This document shows positions 15,546 to 29,331 of a stretch of DNA of 64,000 bases, one piece after another. Numbering within the stretch: the first letter of the stretch is position 1; the number at the start of each line of letters is the position of its first letter. The stretch comes from Chrysomallon squamiferum (taxonomy: Eukaryota > Animalia > Mollusca). The position numbers and the translations under genes are program-made. The notes under the pieces are model-generated. The model worked only from the letters and a program-made list of their open reading frames with translations, searched no databases and had not been told where the DNA came from. The stretch spans positions 13,702,001 to 13,766,000 of the forward strand of contig CM022666.1 in assembly GCA_012295275.1 (NCBI GenBank). The letters run 5' to 3'.

Positions 15546-17533
15546 TTGACTATGTAGGCCAGCTAACCCACTTTACTGTACAATTCTGATCCATTTCCTT
15601 AATTTCCATGTTCTCTCGTTCACGCTCTGGAAACGTTCTACAATCTAACGTTTTACATGATCTACTGTGTGTTTCTGTCTACCATTACGTGAGAATTCTT
15701 AATCCAAAAACATTACAAACAGACCGATCCTAAATCACCGGGTTTCTCCTGGCATCGAAAGAGAAGGCAATAAAATATGGCTCATCTAAAGATGCCTGGA
15801 AGCCTACGAAAGATTTAAGACATCACCAGCTAAGGTCGCAGGGCGATGGATATTTATTGCCCGCTGAATACGCACTCTTATGATTTCTTGTTGTTATTAT
15901 CAAAAACACGATCAATGCCATTAAGAGAAATTATATTAATACCGCAGCCTGATGACGTGGACGTTGTGGCTGGAGTAGTTTCTGTGCAAATATAATCAAG
16001 ATGCTTTAGTAGTATTTGGAAACCGGCACTAGCGGCTGTCAGTTAAAACATCCTACTTTCCTAGTTTCATTATTCCTATCTGCCGATTCTTAACGTTCAG
16101 TTTGAGCATCTCGTTTCTGTGTAATTGTGCTATTTGTTTATGGCGGCGAGGCCATTTTGTGGTCGTTTCAAATATTTGCCTGCCAGTGACCGGAATATTA
16201 ACGAAGGAATCTGGAAACAGGGAAAGCACATCTCCGTCTTGTAGATACGTCTAAAACGACTCGACTGAGATCTGTAAGAACACATTTGTCTCCAGATTAA
16301 CACCTAATATTCGTCTGCCTAATCCCGTTCAGTGTGTTTGTCTTTTAAATCAAATCTACATCACTCTCATCGCTAATCCCTCTAATCCTAGTGGCGGTGT
16401 TTACTAAGATTAATAACTGACGGATGTTGACGTTTTATTAATTAAAGAAACATAAATTGTGAAATAAAATAAATAATAACACTTTTAAACATTTAAAAGT
16501 CAGAGAAAAAAACCCAATAAGAATTTGATGTAAATTTAAAACTGAGCTACAATATATCTATATATATATATATATACATTTATTATTATTTTGTTTTACA
16601 TATATCAAAATACAATCTTACAAACACGCACACGTAATTAATTATATACCTATATACATTCCTTTATATATCAATACATATAAAGATGCAAGCACATCCA
16701 TTCATCCATCAATATAGAGACGTATATCAAACACACACACACAGACATACACACACATATACATACATACATAAACATGCACATTCATACATGCATACAT
16801 ACGTACATATATACATACATATATATTATATACAAAAACACACACACACACATATATATTTACATACATACACACATACACATAAACAATTTGAAATTAA
16901 AACACAACACTAAATCTTTCACGTTAACAATAATTTAATATAAATAATTATGGAGCGAGCCATGATGAATCAATCTATAACAAACGTGAAGTAAAAAAAA
17001 TTAAATAAAAGAAAATGATTTGTTTTGATACGACAAAGTAATAACGGACTTGACCCAGCTACGTTCTTCTCGGCTCTATAACTTTACCATAGACCGAATC
17101 TGACAAATTAATTAGAAGAAAAACTCATTTATATTTCTAAATCGCTTTCTGCTCCGATCATTTATTTAATGCCTTGGCCCTGTTTGAGGAAAATTTGCTA
17201 AGAAAATGCTCGCAATCGTTTCACGTTGACGAAAAGATGTGTTAAAATTCGCGCTTCTCCAGAGCAAACTCAAATATTGGTCCTCAAATATTTAGAATTG
17301 TTACCGAGCTTAGAATTATTGGAGAGAAAAAAAAGAGAGGAAGAAAGCTTGAGAAAGGATGAAATGTCGAAGGCAAACAGAATTAGATAAAAGGGAGAGT
17401 AAATAAAATACGATGGGGAAAAAAAAAAATAATTACAAAGAAAAATGCAAAGATTATTTTGTAAATATAGGAGAAACATCAGTTTATAATATAGAGTGAA
17501 GAATACGTAATGAGATATTTAGTTCTTTTTATG

Positions 17534-17576
<43 letters not shown>

Positions 17577-17579
17577 ATA

Positions 17580-17637
<58 letters not shown>

Positions 17638-18314
17638 CACTAATAGGCTAAATTCAGTACGAAAAAATTGTTATACATGTGCTACTCTTCTTGCCATTAG
17701 TATTACTATAACAACAACAACAACAATTTCTACTACGGCTGTTACCACGACTGCTGCTTCATCTTTTACTATTACCACTATTACCAATATTGCTACCGAG
17801 ACTATCACATGATGACATGCCAGCAATATAAGTTTATCCGAGAAATAAATCCTCTAAGTTGAGGCGTATCGCGATGGTATGGCTAATTTTAATTTTGTGT
17901 TGTACATCTGTATACAGTCTTTTCTATTCTGTAATCCTATGGCTAATGAGAACAAATTTATTCTCGTTGCCATGGAAAACTGCTGAAGCACGCGACCGTC
18001 TGAGAAATCTCTGACAAGGACAGAAGGCTTTATGACGTAGACGATTGCGTCATAATAAAACTATTACGTAATTATCAAACCGAATAGCATACTAATTACA
18101 TAATTACGTAATTTCCAATCAAGCAGCTTTTGCTTTAAATTATGTCGCATGCCACGTCAACTCCATTGCTGATTACTTGTTAAGCTGTCATAAAATCTGC
18201 CCGCGTCTGATCGTATTACGTAACATCCGCTACGTCATCACAGTTCCAAAAGTCACGAAAATTATGAAACAAAATATAAATAAATATAGTTATGTATGTA
18301 TGTATGTATGTATT

Positions 18315-18348
<34 letters not shown>

Positions 18349-19185
18349 TGTGTGTGTGTCTGTATGTATGCAAGAACAAAATTAAAATGTAATAAAATAA
18401 AACAAAAACAAAAATATACGTCTTAATTTTATTTTGGTTTTTTAGTGTCTATTGATCGTATATGGATAAAAATAATAGTAATTTCTTATTTCATAAACTA
18501 TATTTGATCTACTTTCCTATTTCTGTTCTGTTATTAAAATCTATTAATATGTGGTTTAATGTGTTTTGTTTGAGGTACTAAACGCCAGATGAAGTCAAAT
18601 ACTGGATCTAATTATTTTCGCTCTGGATTTTTCTTCAATTAATATTTCATTTTGCTAAGGTGAATTTTAAATTGGCTTTACTTAGTACTCCCGAGGTAAA
18701 TTAAAAATAGATGTGTTGGCAAGTCAAAATTAGGTACGTTGGTTTCAGTATTTACTTGCTGTTTCCTTACATTTTTACTAACAAAAAAGTTCTATGACTT
18801 CATTGTCAGCCTTTGTGCCTATGATAAACAAACCCGAATGTTAATTGATAAAAAATGTTATTATAATATATATATGTATGTATATATGTATGTGCGTGTG
18901 TATGTGTGTGTTGTGTATGTATTTTGTGTGTGTGTGAATGTGTGTGTTTATGTGCTATACAAGATTTTAAGTGTTGACCAACTGACTAAAATTTAAACTT
19001 GTTTGAACTGAACGTCAAAATTCGAACGTATCTGTCTAGAGTACAGTATTTAAAACTGTAGCTTGTATCCTTAAAAAAGCAAAAAAAAACAAAACAAAAA
19101 CAAAAAGCAACAAGAACTGTTAGCATTAGTGTGTTAACGAGTTAGACATAATCACAATGGTTAACCATAGCGCCATCGAGTCCAG

Positions 19186-19500
19186 TTAGACCATTACAGT
19201 ATTACAGTATACCATTACAGTATTACAATATACCATTACAGTATTATAGTACACCATTACATTATTACATTAGTCAATTACAGTATTACATTAGTCCATT
19301 ACAGTATTACATTAGTCCATTACAGTATTACATTAAACCATTACGTATTACATTAGACCATTACAGTATTACATTATACCATTACAGTATTACATTACAC
19401 CATTACATTATTACATTACACCATTACATTATTACATTAGATCGCTACAGTAGGTCATTACATTAGACCATTACAGTATGACATTAGACCATTTCAGTAA
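19186..19500. repeat. Minisatellite, ~21-bp unit CCATTACAGTATTACATTAGA, about 15 copies
   Basis: Tandem units read directly; each is built from internal ATTACA sub-repeats. Confidence 0.9.
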
Positions 19501-19599
19501 TGACAGTGTTCATCTTCTTTATCATTAAGCAATCATTTTCACAGAGTTACTTAGAGGCCACATTTTACTTATTATTATTCGATTATGTTTACAGAACTG

Positions 19600-20220
19600 G
19601 CATAAATCCCAGATATACTTATCTTTAAGCAAGAATGTTAAAAAAATGAGCGTAAATCCACACACACTCATCTTTAAACACGTCTATTCTTGAAATTAAC
19701 GTAAATCCACACACACTCATCTTTAAACACGTGTGTTCATGAAATTAGCGTAAATCCACACACACTCATCTTTAAACACGTGTGTTCATAAAACTAGCGT
19801 AAATCCACACATCTTTAAACACGTGTGTTCGTGAAATTAGCGTAAAACCATACATGCTTTTCTTTAAAGACATCCATTCATAAAACTAGCGTAAACACAT
19901 ACACACTTATCTTTAAACATGCATGTTCATGAAATATGTTCACGAAATTAGCGTAAATCTATACACACTTATCTTTAAACACGTCTATTCATAAAAAAGT
20001 ATCGTAAGCCACATTACAAACACCATTTTTGCGATTTATGTTTACGAAGTTAACGTGATGCGACAACACACTTATCATTTATACAGTTACGTCCACAAAA
20101 TTAATGTACGTCCACACTTCACTCACCATTACGCAGACAATTAGCGTAAGGTCAATCAAACGCGCTTATCATTACGCCATTACTTTCACAAAACCAGCGC
20201 GAGGCTCACATTACGATTAT
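19600..20220. repeat. Minisatellite, ~49-bp unit TTAGCGTAAATCCACACACACTCATCTTTAAACACGTGTGTTCATGAAA, about 12 copies decaying to the right
   Basis: The CGTAAA anchor recurs at 19651, 19700, 19749, 19798, 19841, 19890 and 19952, then a CGTAAG variant at 20003, followed by degenerate copies. Confidence 0.88.
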
Positions 20221-20869
20221 CACCGAAGCTGACACGACATCGGGTCACGACCTTATGAACCTAGCGGAGTTTAAAAACCAGCGACACGCGCAGAAAGACT
20301 AACGAGGCTCGCTGTTTCTGATTGATTTCAGTTCGAGGCCGTTGTATGCAAGGCACACCACACAATGCCAGGTCTCATCGTCTCAGCTATTGATTAACCC
20401 CCCTTTTTTTTCTTAATTCTTTTTTTTTTGTTCAACTGCTTATCATCGGCAGTGGTATCAAGTCCAAGTCTAAAGGTGTTATCTTAAAAGTTAACTTAAT
20501 ATAGTGAAGGTAATTACTTTAGCCGTAAAGATCTTTCAGCGGTTTCTCAAATCAGTTTCAACCGTTTGCAAAAAAAAAAAAAAAAATGAAGAAAAAAGTA
20601 GTGCTTGTTTTATCGACATTTTTTTTTCATGTTTCTTTATATATGATGTGGTTTAAGCACGCTTTCGTGGACACTGGTGAGCAAGTCAGGGTTGTTAAGT
20701 TTTCTAAGCTGAAAGGAATGGTGGTGATATGATGTTCTGTAGCTATTCTGTTAGCGTTAGGTTCGAGTTGTTTCATGGATTTGACCCCATTGCTCACAGA
20801 TTTTACACCCGTTAGCTTCGTTACTGAATTAGTAATTATTTTCTGTTGCCATATAATTAACATCACCAC

Positions 20870-21005
<136 letters not shown>

Positions 21006-21715
21006 GATAAATAAATAAATAAATGAAATAAAATAAAATAAAATCCTGTTCATTAAACAAACAGTAATTCCTTTTTTTTTTTTTAAACACCCGTGATAAA
21101 TTAGAAGAAAATAACACATAATTAAATAATTAAAGAAAAAAAACCGGGAGAGGTAATGAAAAGGAAATGAATTTTAGATTGACAAAAACGAAAGAGAGAA
21201 AAAACCCACTATTTATTCTAATGGCGGTGTGTGTGGGGGGAGAGAGAGAGAGCAGACGATAACCTATTATTAAGCAGTTACTTTTGATGAAATGTAAACA
21301 AAACGTATTAAATATCATTTTTCAATTACTACTGGAGGATGTCTGAAAAAGGAGCGCGTGCTGGCTGGTTTGTTAAAAGGAGAGCACGTGTATCGGTATC
21401 TAACAGGGGCTTGTAGCATGTTGAACACGTTTTTCAGATCACTATAATTAGTAGAATGAGGAGGAATGACGGGAGCAAATGTAATTTGGTTTGTCTGTGG
21501 AACGTCTTCGATGTTAGTGCCATTAAAATAAAATAACACAAATAAATAAATAAACATAAATAAATGAATAAATAAATAAATAAATAAATAAATAATGAGC
21601 ATATATCTTTTTTAAATCTGTATTTAATGTGATATATTCAATGAAATGAATTTGAGAAATAATTTTTATTTCATTTTTCTAAGACATTCTCTCTGCATCT
21701 GTGTATAAATAAATA

Positions 21716-21796
<81 letters not shown>

Positions 21797-22741
21797 CGTG
21801 CGTGTATGTATGCATCTGTTTGTCTGCCTATCGCTCTCTATCTGGATGTTTCTCTCTAATTTTTATTAAGTGCTGTTCAATTACGTTTTTTTTTTTTTTT
21901 TTTTTTTAAATGCAGACGTGGACGCAACAAACCAAATTAAACCTGGCCCTCTTTAGACTGGCTGTGTTATGAGGAAGTCGGGAGCAACGCAAACGCAGAT
22001 GGCAGCAGGGTTGTGTTTAATGAAAACTATAATCTGAATCACACACGATCACGGATTGCGAATTGAAGGTTTATCGTATGAGAATCACTTCGGGGGCTAA
22101 CTCGATTGTGGCATTTAGTTCCTTGACGTTACGGCTCTGATATTCCCGCACGTCAAGTGGTTGCTACAGCTCGTGATTACAGACAAGCATTTCACTCCGC
22201 AGTCTTCGTGGATAAGATTTCTGTGGGAAAATAAAAGGTGGGGAAAAAGGAAAGGAATTCTTTTGCAGGTGGGACGAGAAGGTATGTGGTTGTTGTTGTT
22301 GTTACATGTGCGTTTGGTTGCGTTGGGATTGTCAGCTGTGAAGGATATTGTTGCAGTTTGTTTTTCTTTGTTCAATGCGAAAGTGAAACGAAAACCTGTT
22401 ACGTTTGTTGTTGTTGTTTTCGTTATTATTATTACAATTATTTTTAGTATTATTGTTATTATTATTATTTAAAGTATCAGCGATAGATTAGATAGAGACA
22501 GACAAATAGCAGAATGACAGACAAAAAGATATAGGTAGACAGATACAGAGAAAAACAATGATTTGGGGCAAAAATAGAGGTAAAGAAATAAAGTTTGAAA
22601 GTGATGGAAAATATATATATATTCAGAGAGAAAGACAGAGAGAGAGATTGAGAGAGAGAGAAAGAGAGAGAGAGAGAGATAGATTGAGAGAGAGAGAGAG
22701 AGAGAGAGAGTGTGTGTGAGAGAGAGAGATATATATAGAGA

Positions 22742-22819
<78 letters not shown>

Positions 22820-23136
22820 ATAGTAATATCTACAGATACAGTGTTACTTACTCATCTGTTTTTCCATTCGTCTGTTAGTCGCATTGCTCACCTGTCTTCT
22901 GTCTCTGTAACAACCATTCAGTGTCTCTGTCTTGTTCTTGTTGTTTTATTTCTTCCTTTTCTTCAACCTACTAAATCTTCTAAAGACAATATGTTTTTGC
23001 TGAGTTTTGTTTTAAATCGTATATTGTGGTTTGTATCGTGCATACTGGCGTCTGAACGTCATAACTGGTCCTAGTATTAAGATGTTATATTAGTGTCAAG
23101 ATTTTCGTCATACACATAAACACAGAAACATACGCG

Positions 23137-23181
<45 letters not shown>

Positions 23182-23283
23182 TCGAGCACACATTCAAATA
23201 TATAACTCATTTAACAATTTGTAACTTTTTAAAGACACGTTAATCAATAAGCTTCTTTTTTATATTATAATACGTTTTTTTCA

Positions 23284-23343
<60 letters not shown>

Positions 23344-24089
23344 TTTGTAATTATAGTGATAATTATAATTATAATGATGACGAAAATTATGATAATAATG
23401 AGATGATAGTGATAATGATTATCGTAGTGATCTATGAAACAAAGAAAGAAAGAAAAAAAAAAAAAAAAAAAGAAAAAACAACAGAAACATCTGTTGTTTA
23501 TTTCCAAATAACACTTTAGACGCAGGCGACATTTAAACTGAAACACGACGACAACGTTCAAAGATTTCCAAACATCTTAAAATAATGAAAAATACACACA
23601 TTCCAACCAACAAATCCTGCCGAAAGCTTTTCTTTTCTGGACTGGTTGAACACGAAACATATATCCAACACTCCCCTTTTTTTTTTACTTTAAAAGTTTA
23701 TTTGTTTTGCACCCACACACCCACCCACACACACACACACACACAGACAGACACACAGACGACTTGAGTTCTGTTTCTAGAACATGCCTCAGTGTCTCAG
23801 CATGCGAGAGCTCTTCAAATATCAAAGATCGTACCTCGCTAGAAATGAAACTTCGCGACTGCTCAAGCTGTGAAGTTTTTCCATATGTATTTTTTTTTTT
23901 TTTTTTTTTTTCTTCTTTTTCTGGACGGATTTGTCTGCTGTAATCTTGTTTGATCTTGTTTATGCGAATCTTCGCGGTTCACAATGAATGTGGCATGTTA
24001 ATATTTACTCTGTATGACGGCACCGAACCCCCACGTCCGTAATTATCTTTCGTTTTGTTAGCTAGCAGATGTTTTGGGTACAAGGCGAG

Positions 24090-24965
24090 TTCTTAGATGA
24101 AATGATTTAATAACGTACGTACCGATGCAGTCGATTTAAAACGTGAGATGAAATCGTACGATAACGTATCAAGTGCAGTAGATTAAATACGAACGAGATG
24201 TGAAATGATTGTAACAAGGAGCTAACTAGGAGTAGATTAAGTACGTGAAATGAAATGATATATAATAACGTACTGGTTAGAGTAGACTGAATGCGTGAAA
24301 TGAAATGATGTAATAACGTACTGGTTAGAGTAGGTTGAATGCGTGAAATGAAATGATGTAATAACGTACTAGTTAGAGTAACTTGAATGCGTGAAATGAA
24401 ATGATATAGTAACGTACTGGTTAGAGTAGACTGAATACGTGAAATGAAATGATATAATAACGTACTGGTTAGAATAGATTGAATGCGTGAAATGAAATGA
24501 TATAGTAACGTACTGGTTAGAGTAGACTGAATACGTGAAATGAAATGATGTAATAACGTACTGGTTAGAGTAGACTGAATACGTGAAATGAAATTATGTA
24601 ATAACGTACTATTTAGAGTAGATTAAATACGTGAAATGAAATGATATAATAACGTATTATTTTAAATAAATATACGTGAAATGATATAAATAACGTACTA
24701 ATTAGAGTAGATAAAATACGATAGATGAAATTATATACTAACGTACTAACTAGAGTAGATTAAATACGTGAAATGAAATGATATAATAACGTACAATTTG
24801 AGATAAAAATACATGATATGAAATGATATAATAAAGTACTAATTAGCGTAGATTAAATACGTTAGATGAAATTATATAACTAACGTACTAACTAGAGTAG
24901 ATTAAACAATGAGATTAAGTTTTACAATAATGTACTAATACAGCAGATCAAATAAATGAGATTAA
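24090..24965. repeat. Minisatellite, ~48-bp unit TTAGAGTAGA(C/T)T(G/A)AATACGTGAAATGAAATGATATAATAACGTACTGG, about 18 copies
   Basis: Near-identical copies in the centre (24230-24650) with progressively degenerate copies at both edges. There are no unique spacers. Confidence 0.92.
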
Positions 24966-26786
24966 ACGATAAAATATCATCCATGGACTAATTTCAATGA
25001 AATGTAGGTGATAATAATAGTTTTCTACATGAATATGTCCGATTATTATTTATTTATTTAATAAAGCGTTAACGTCAGAGAATTAAATAACTGACACATT
25101 AAATTTGATCGTAATTTTTTTTAAACTTTTTTTACTTACTATTTTTATTTATTTATTTATTTATTTATTTATTTGTTATAAAATGTTTAACGCCAATATT
25201 ATAGTAATTTAGCAGTCTTTTTATAATAATTTTTCTTTCTGATTGCTTATTGTTGTTTTTGCTTGTTTGTTTGTTTGTTTGTTTTTTCCCATTATTTTCT
25301 TCATTATATAATCTATTTGCTGGTTACATTTTTTTTTAAACTTTTAAATTTTCCTTAATTATTGCTGTATCTTTTTTTTTTCTTTCTTTCTTTTTTTTTT
25401 CTGTTCGTTTCACGTTTCCATTTTTTTTCTTCATTTCTATTAATCTTTGCTGGAGTTAAGCTTCTTTCTTTCTTTCTTTCTTTCCAATCCTTTCTTTTAT
25501 TGCAGTATTGTTATTCTCCAATTTCTCTCTTTATTTCACTTTCACAGTTTCTTTTTCTATAAACTTTTTAGTTTCTTTTTCTTTGCGAAAGCTTGTTACG
25601 AAAAAATACATTTTTTTCTCTAGTTCTCTCAAGCTGGCAATTGACATTTTCTTCTGTGCTATTTTAATATACTGAAACTCTCAGAACTTGTTAACGAAAG
25701 AAAACTCTAATTAAAGTTAACAGAAAGTAAAAAAAAAAAAAAAAAAAAAAAAACTGAATAAAAATAAAATAAAAATAAAATAAAATAAAATAGAAATATA
25801 TATAAGTGAAAAAAGTAAATAAATAAAATAATAAATAAATAAATAAAATAGAAAAAATAGGTGAATTGAAAAAAAAATAATATAAGAAAAGAAAGAAAGA
25901 AAAAGGTTTCTTTCAGAATCGAATAAGTCTTACTTTTATGTATATGTATGAATATATATATATGTGTGTGTATGTGTTTGTGTGTCTGTCTGTCTGTCTA
26001 TCATTATCTGAATTGTGTTCATGGTTCAAGCATATTCTTCTGTTCCTCTTTCTTTTTCTTCCTTCTTCTTTCTTTCCCACGTCATTTCTCAGTCTTCTTT
26101 CTCTTTATTTTTTTCCCTCTCTTCTTCTTCACGTCGTTTTAGATGTTGTTGTCATTTTGTTCTAATCATTTTGTCACACGTGCCTTTCCCTGCCCGCTGT
26201 CACGTAAACTATGGAATATAACCAACAAACGGACGTAATTTAACTATGGCCACGGGACTTTAATTTGAATATCATATTGGAATTTAAAGAGATGGGAAAT
26301 GACAGAAATGCTGATTATATCATAGCCAGCGGGGTTTCGTTATTTACAGAAGGTTTTTTCTTTTTTTCTCTTCAAAAAAATGTATTTTTTTTTTATGTGT
26401 TTTTTTATTTTGCGTCTTGTTAGGCTTTCATATTGATCCGTCGCCTCTGTTTGAAATTATTCTTGAAATGCCAAGAACTTTTAGAACAGTAAGTATGTTT
26501 CCAAATACAGACAGACTTTTAGGTCAAAGAATTTGAACTTATCGCACTCTGAAGTAAATAAAGAATAAGTTTAAAAGTGAATGATAATAGTAAAAAAAAA
26601 TCTTTCGGAAGAAAAAGAAGTAAAACAAACAAACAAAAAAAAAAAAAAAACGATAAATGATAAATGTACTGAAAATTTTAAAGTCAAATTTCTGCCTGCT
26701 TTGCAAACTCGTCAATCATTTATTTATCGTGTATACTCAATCACCAAACTAACTCCTCTCTCTCTCTTTATCTCTGTATCTCTCAA

Positions 26787-26852
<66 letters not shown>

Positions 26853-27692
26853 CTTTTATCTTAGATCACGAAGCATCCTCTGCATTAGGTTATTTAATAT
26901 TTTCAACAAAATACACTGAATTCCTTTCATTACTTTCCTTATTTCCAACACCTACATACACTTTTTCAAGCGCAAATTCAGAAACGGAATTAATCATCGA
27001 AAAACCGTTTCCACCATCGCACACAAAATACGAAACACGTTATATCATATACTTGAGACAGTACTTGAAAAGGTGAATTTTGAGTGCGATAAAATGAAAA
27101 AAAAAAAAAAAATGAAAAAAATACTGCTGATAATTTGAACGTAAAGTTTCTGACATCTTACGGAAATGAATTTATGAGCTGGTAGAGGATTATACTTGGT
27201 CTGGATGAAATGAAATAAGACGGCTTCCAGAAAAGAAGTACTAATGAAGCAGATCTGCGTAGCACGGTGAAATTTTCCATCGATCGATATTTTTTGGCGC
27301 TGGTGTCGATTTCACTTGTAGTTTTAAAGTCACCAGGACAACCTCGTTTATCTGCGCGGTTCACTAGTTTTCTTGGTGAACTGATTGTAAATTATTTTAT
27401 TTATTTTATTATATTTTATTATATTTTATTTTATTTAGCAGTTGTTTTGTATATGAGTTGATGAAGTTTTGTGGGGAAAGATTTATTTTATTTTATTTTA
27501 TTAAATTTTATTTTATTTTATTTTATTTATTTATTTATTTATTTGTTTATTTGTTTATTTGTTTGTTTGTTATTTTGTTATATTATTATTATTATTGTTA
27601 TTATCATTATTATTATTATTATTTTCTTTTTTTTTGTTATTATTATTTAAATTCTATAGCTAACCACTCATTTTGTTTGTTTTATGTTTTCG

Positions 27693-27733
<41 letters not shown>

Positions 27734-29118
27734 TTCAATTTATTTTTTCGTATTTATTTTATTTTTATTATTATTATTTTTCCCGTTTCTAATCGTATAT
27801 AATAAACAGCATGACGTCAACATCTTTATTCTCCTCGACTCTATAATACTCATAAAGCCGGCTTGTTTTTTTTTTTTTTTTTTTAAAGAATGAGAAAAAA
27901 CAAAAAAAAAAAAAAAACCCAAGAAGAAACATAAAACCATATTGGTGTCTTTAAGTACGTAATTCTCATCTTCTTCAGAGTACGGAAATTGTCGCTGTAT
28001 TTTATATTTAGAATGAAATCCATTCGAATTTTTTCTTCTTTTTTTTTTTCTTTTAAATTAGTTTTTCTCTGACAAACATTAGCTTTAGGAACCATGGATG
28101 AAGTAATATTAATTCCTGCGACGATCTACGAGACCTATAATTTATTTAACATCCGACTTGGATTAGTTCAGTTTCCTAAAATCAAATATATATGAAAACA
28201 GGTTTTCGTTGCAAAAAGGGAAATGCAAAGCTAACTAATTGCTTTACATATGAAAGGTTGGGTTTTATGATTTGTCAAGTTTTTCGCGTTAGGAGTTTGA
28301 GGTCCTCGGATCGAATCCTGGATTGCGATGCGGCTATAATTTAACGCTTTTGTGTTTTTGTGTGTTGAGTGCGTGCGTGCGCGCGCGCATTCAATGCATT
28401 TTCTTGGTACTGCTATAATAATAATTTTTTATATTTTTTGTTGTTGTTGTTTTTAATTATTATCATCATCAATATCATCATCATCATCATCATCATCATC
28501 ATTATTATTATTATTATTATTATCAATAAATAATTTCAAATATGTATGTATTGTTTAACATCAGTTTTTATAAATGTCAGCTAGTTATACAATGTAAAGA
28601 TAAAATTTGTTTATGTTCAACAGTTCTATACTATCAGTCTTATCTGTGCTTAATATCTAATTTGTTTTATCTGTTAATTTAAGCACTAAAGATATTCTGA
28701 AATCTTAAACATTCCTAGATAATTATTTCCGGCTTTTAACAACTGTAACATAATTTATTTGTCATTACTCTCACGTAAGTTTATTTTGGAAAATAGCTAT
28801 ATTTCCGGAAGAAAAAAAAAAAAAAAAAAAAAAAAAAATGAAGATAAAGAAGGAGAGAAAGAAATAGTAAAAACGATATTAAGAAAAAAAAGAGTAAAAT
28901 TTATGCTATGTATAAGATGTGCAATTTATAGATATCATATCTCTTTTCAGATTTTTCTGGTGTGATGTAATAAAAATTCTACGTAGACACATTAACGTCT
29001 GCCGCTTCAGGATTCACTGATTCTGAGAAAAAACAAGAAGAAGAAAAAGAAGAAGAAGAAGAAGAAGAAGAAAAAACAACAACAACAAAAAACAACAACA
29101 GAAAAACAAGACAGACGG

Positions 29119-29157
<39 letters not shown>

Positions 29158-29331
29158 AACCCATCGAACCAGCCAAGCTAAATATGCTGTACTCGACGGA
29201 TTACGCAAATCAAGGAGAATTATTTCTATGTTTCTTTGGTCGTGTAACATCGTAAAACTACAATGAAATATTCTTCTCTCTTCATCGTTTGACTACACGC
29301 TCTGCAACTTCCATGACGAAGACGAACCAGA

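Noticed and set aside
24090-24965. Regularly spaced repeats resembling a CRISPR array (also 19600-20220)
   Set aside because: The units are contiguous with no unique spacers, there are no cas genes, and the context is eukaryotic. These are ordinary minisatellites.
28290-28330. B-box-like GGATCGAATCC (and AGTTCGATTC at ~44783) suggesting tRNA genes
   Set aside because: I could not fold a cloverleaf by eye. These are at most decayed SINE heads.
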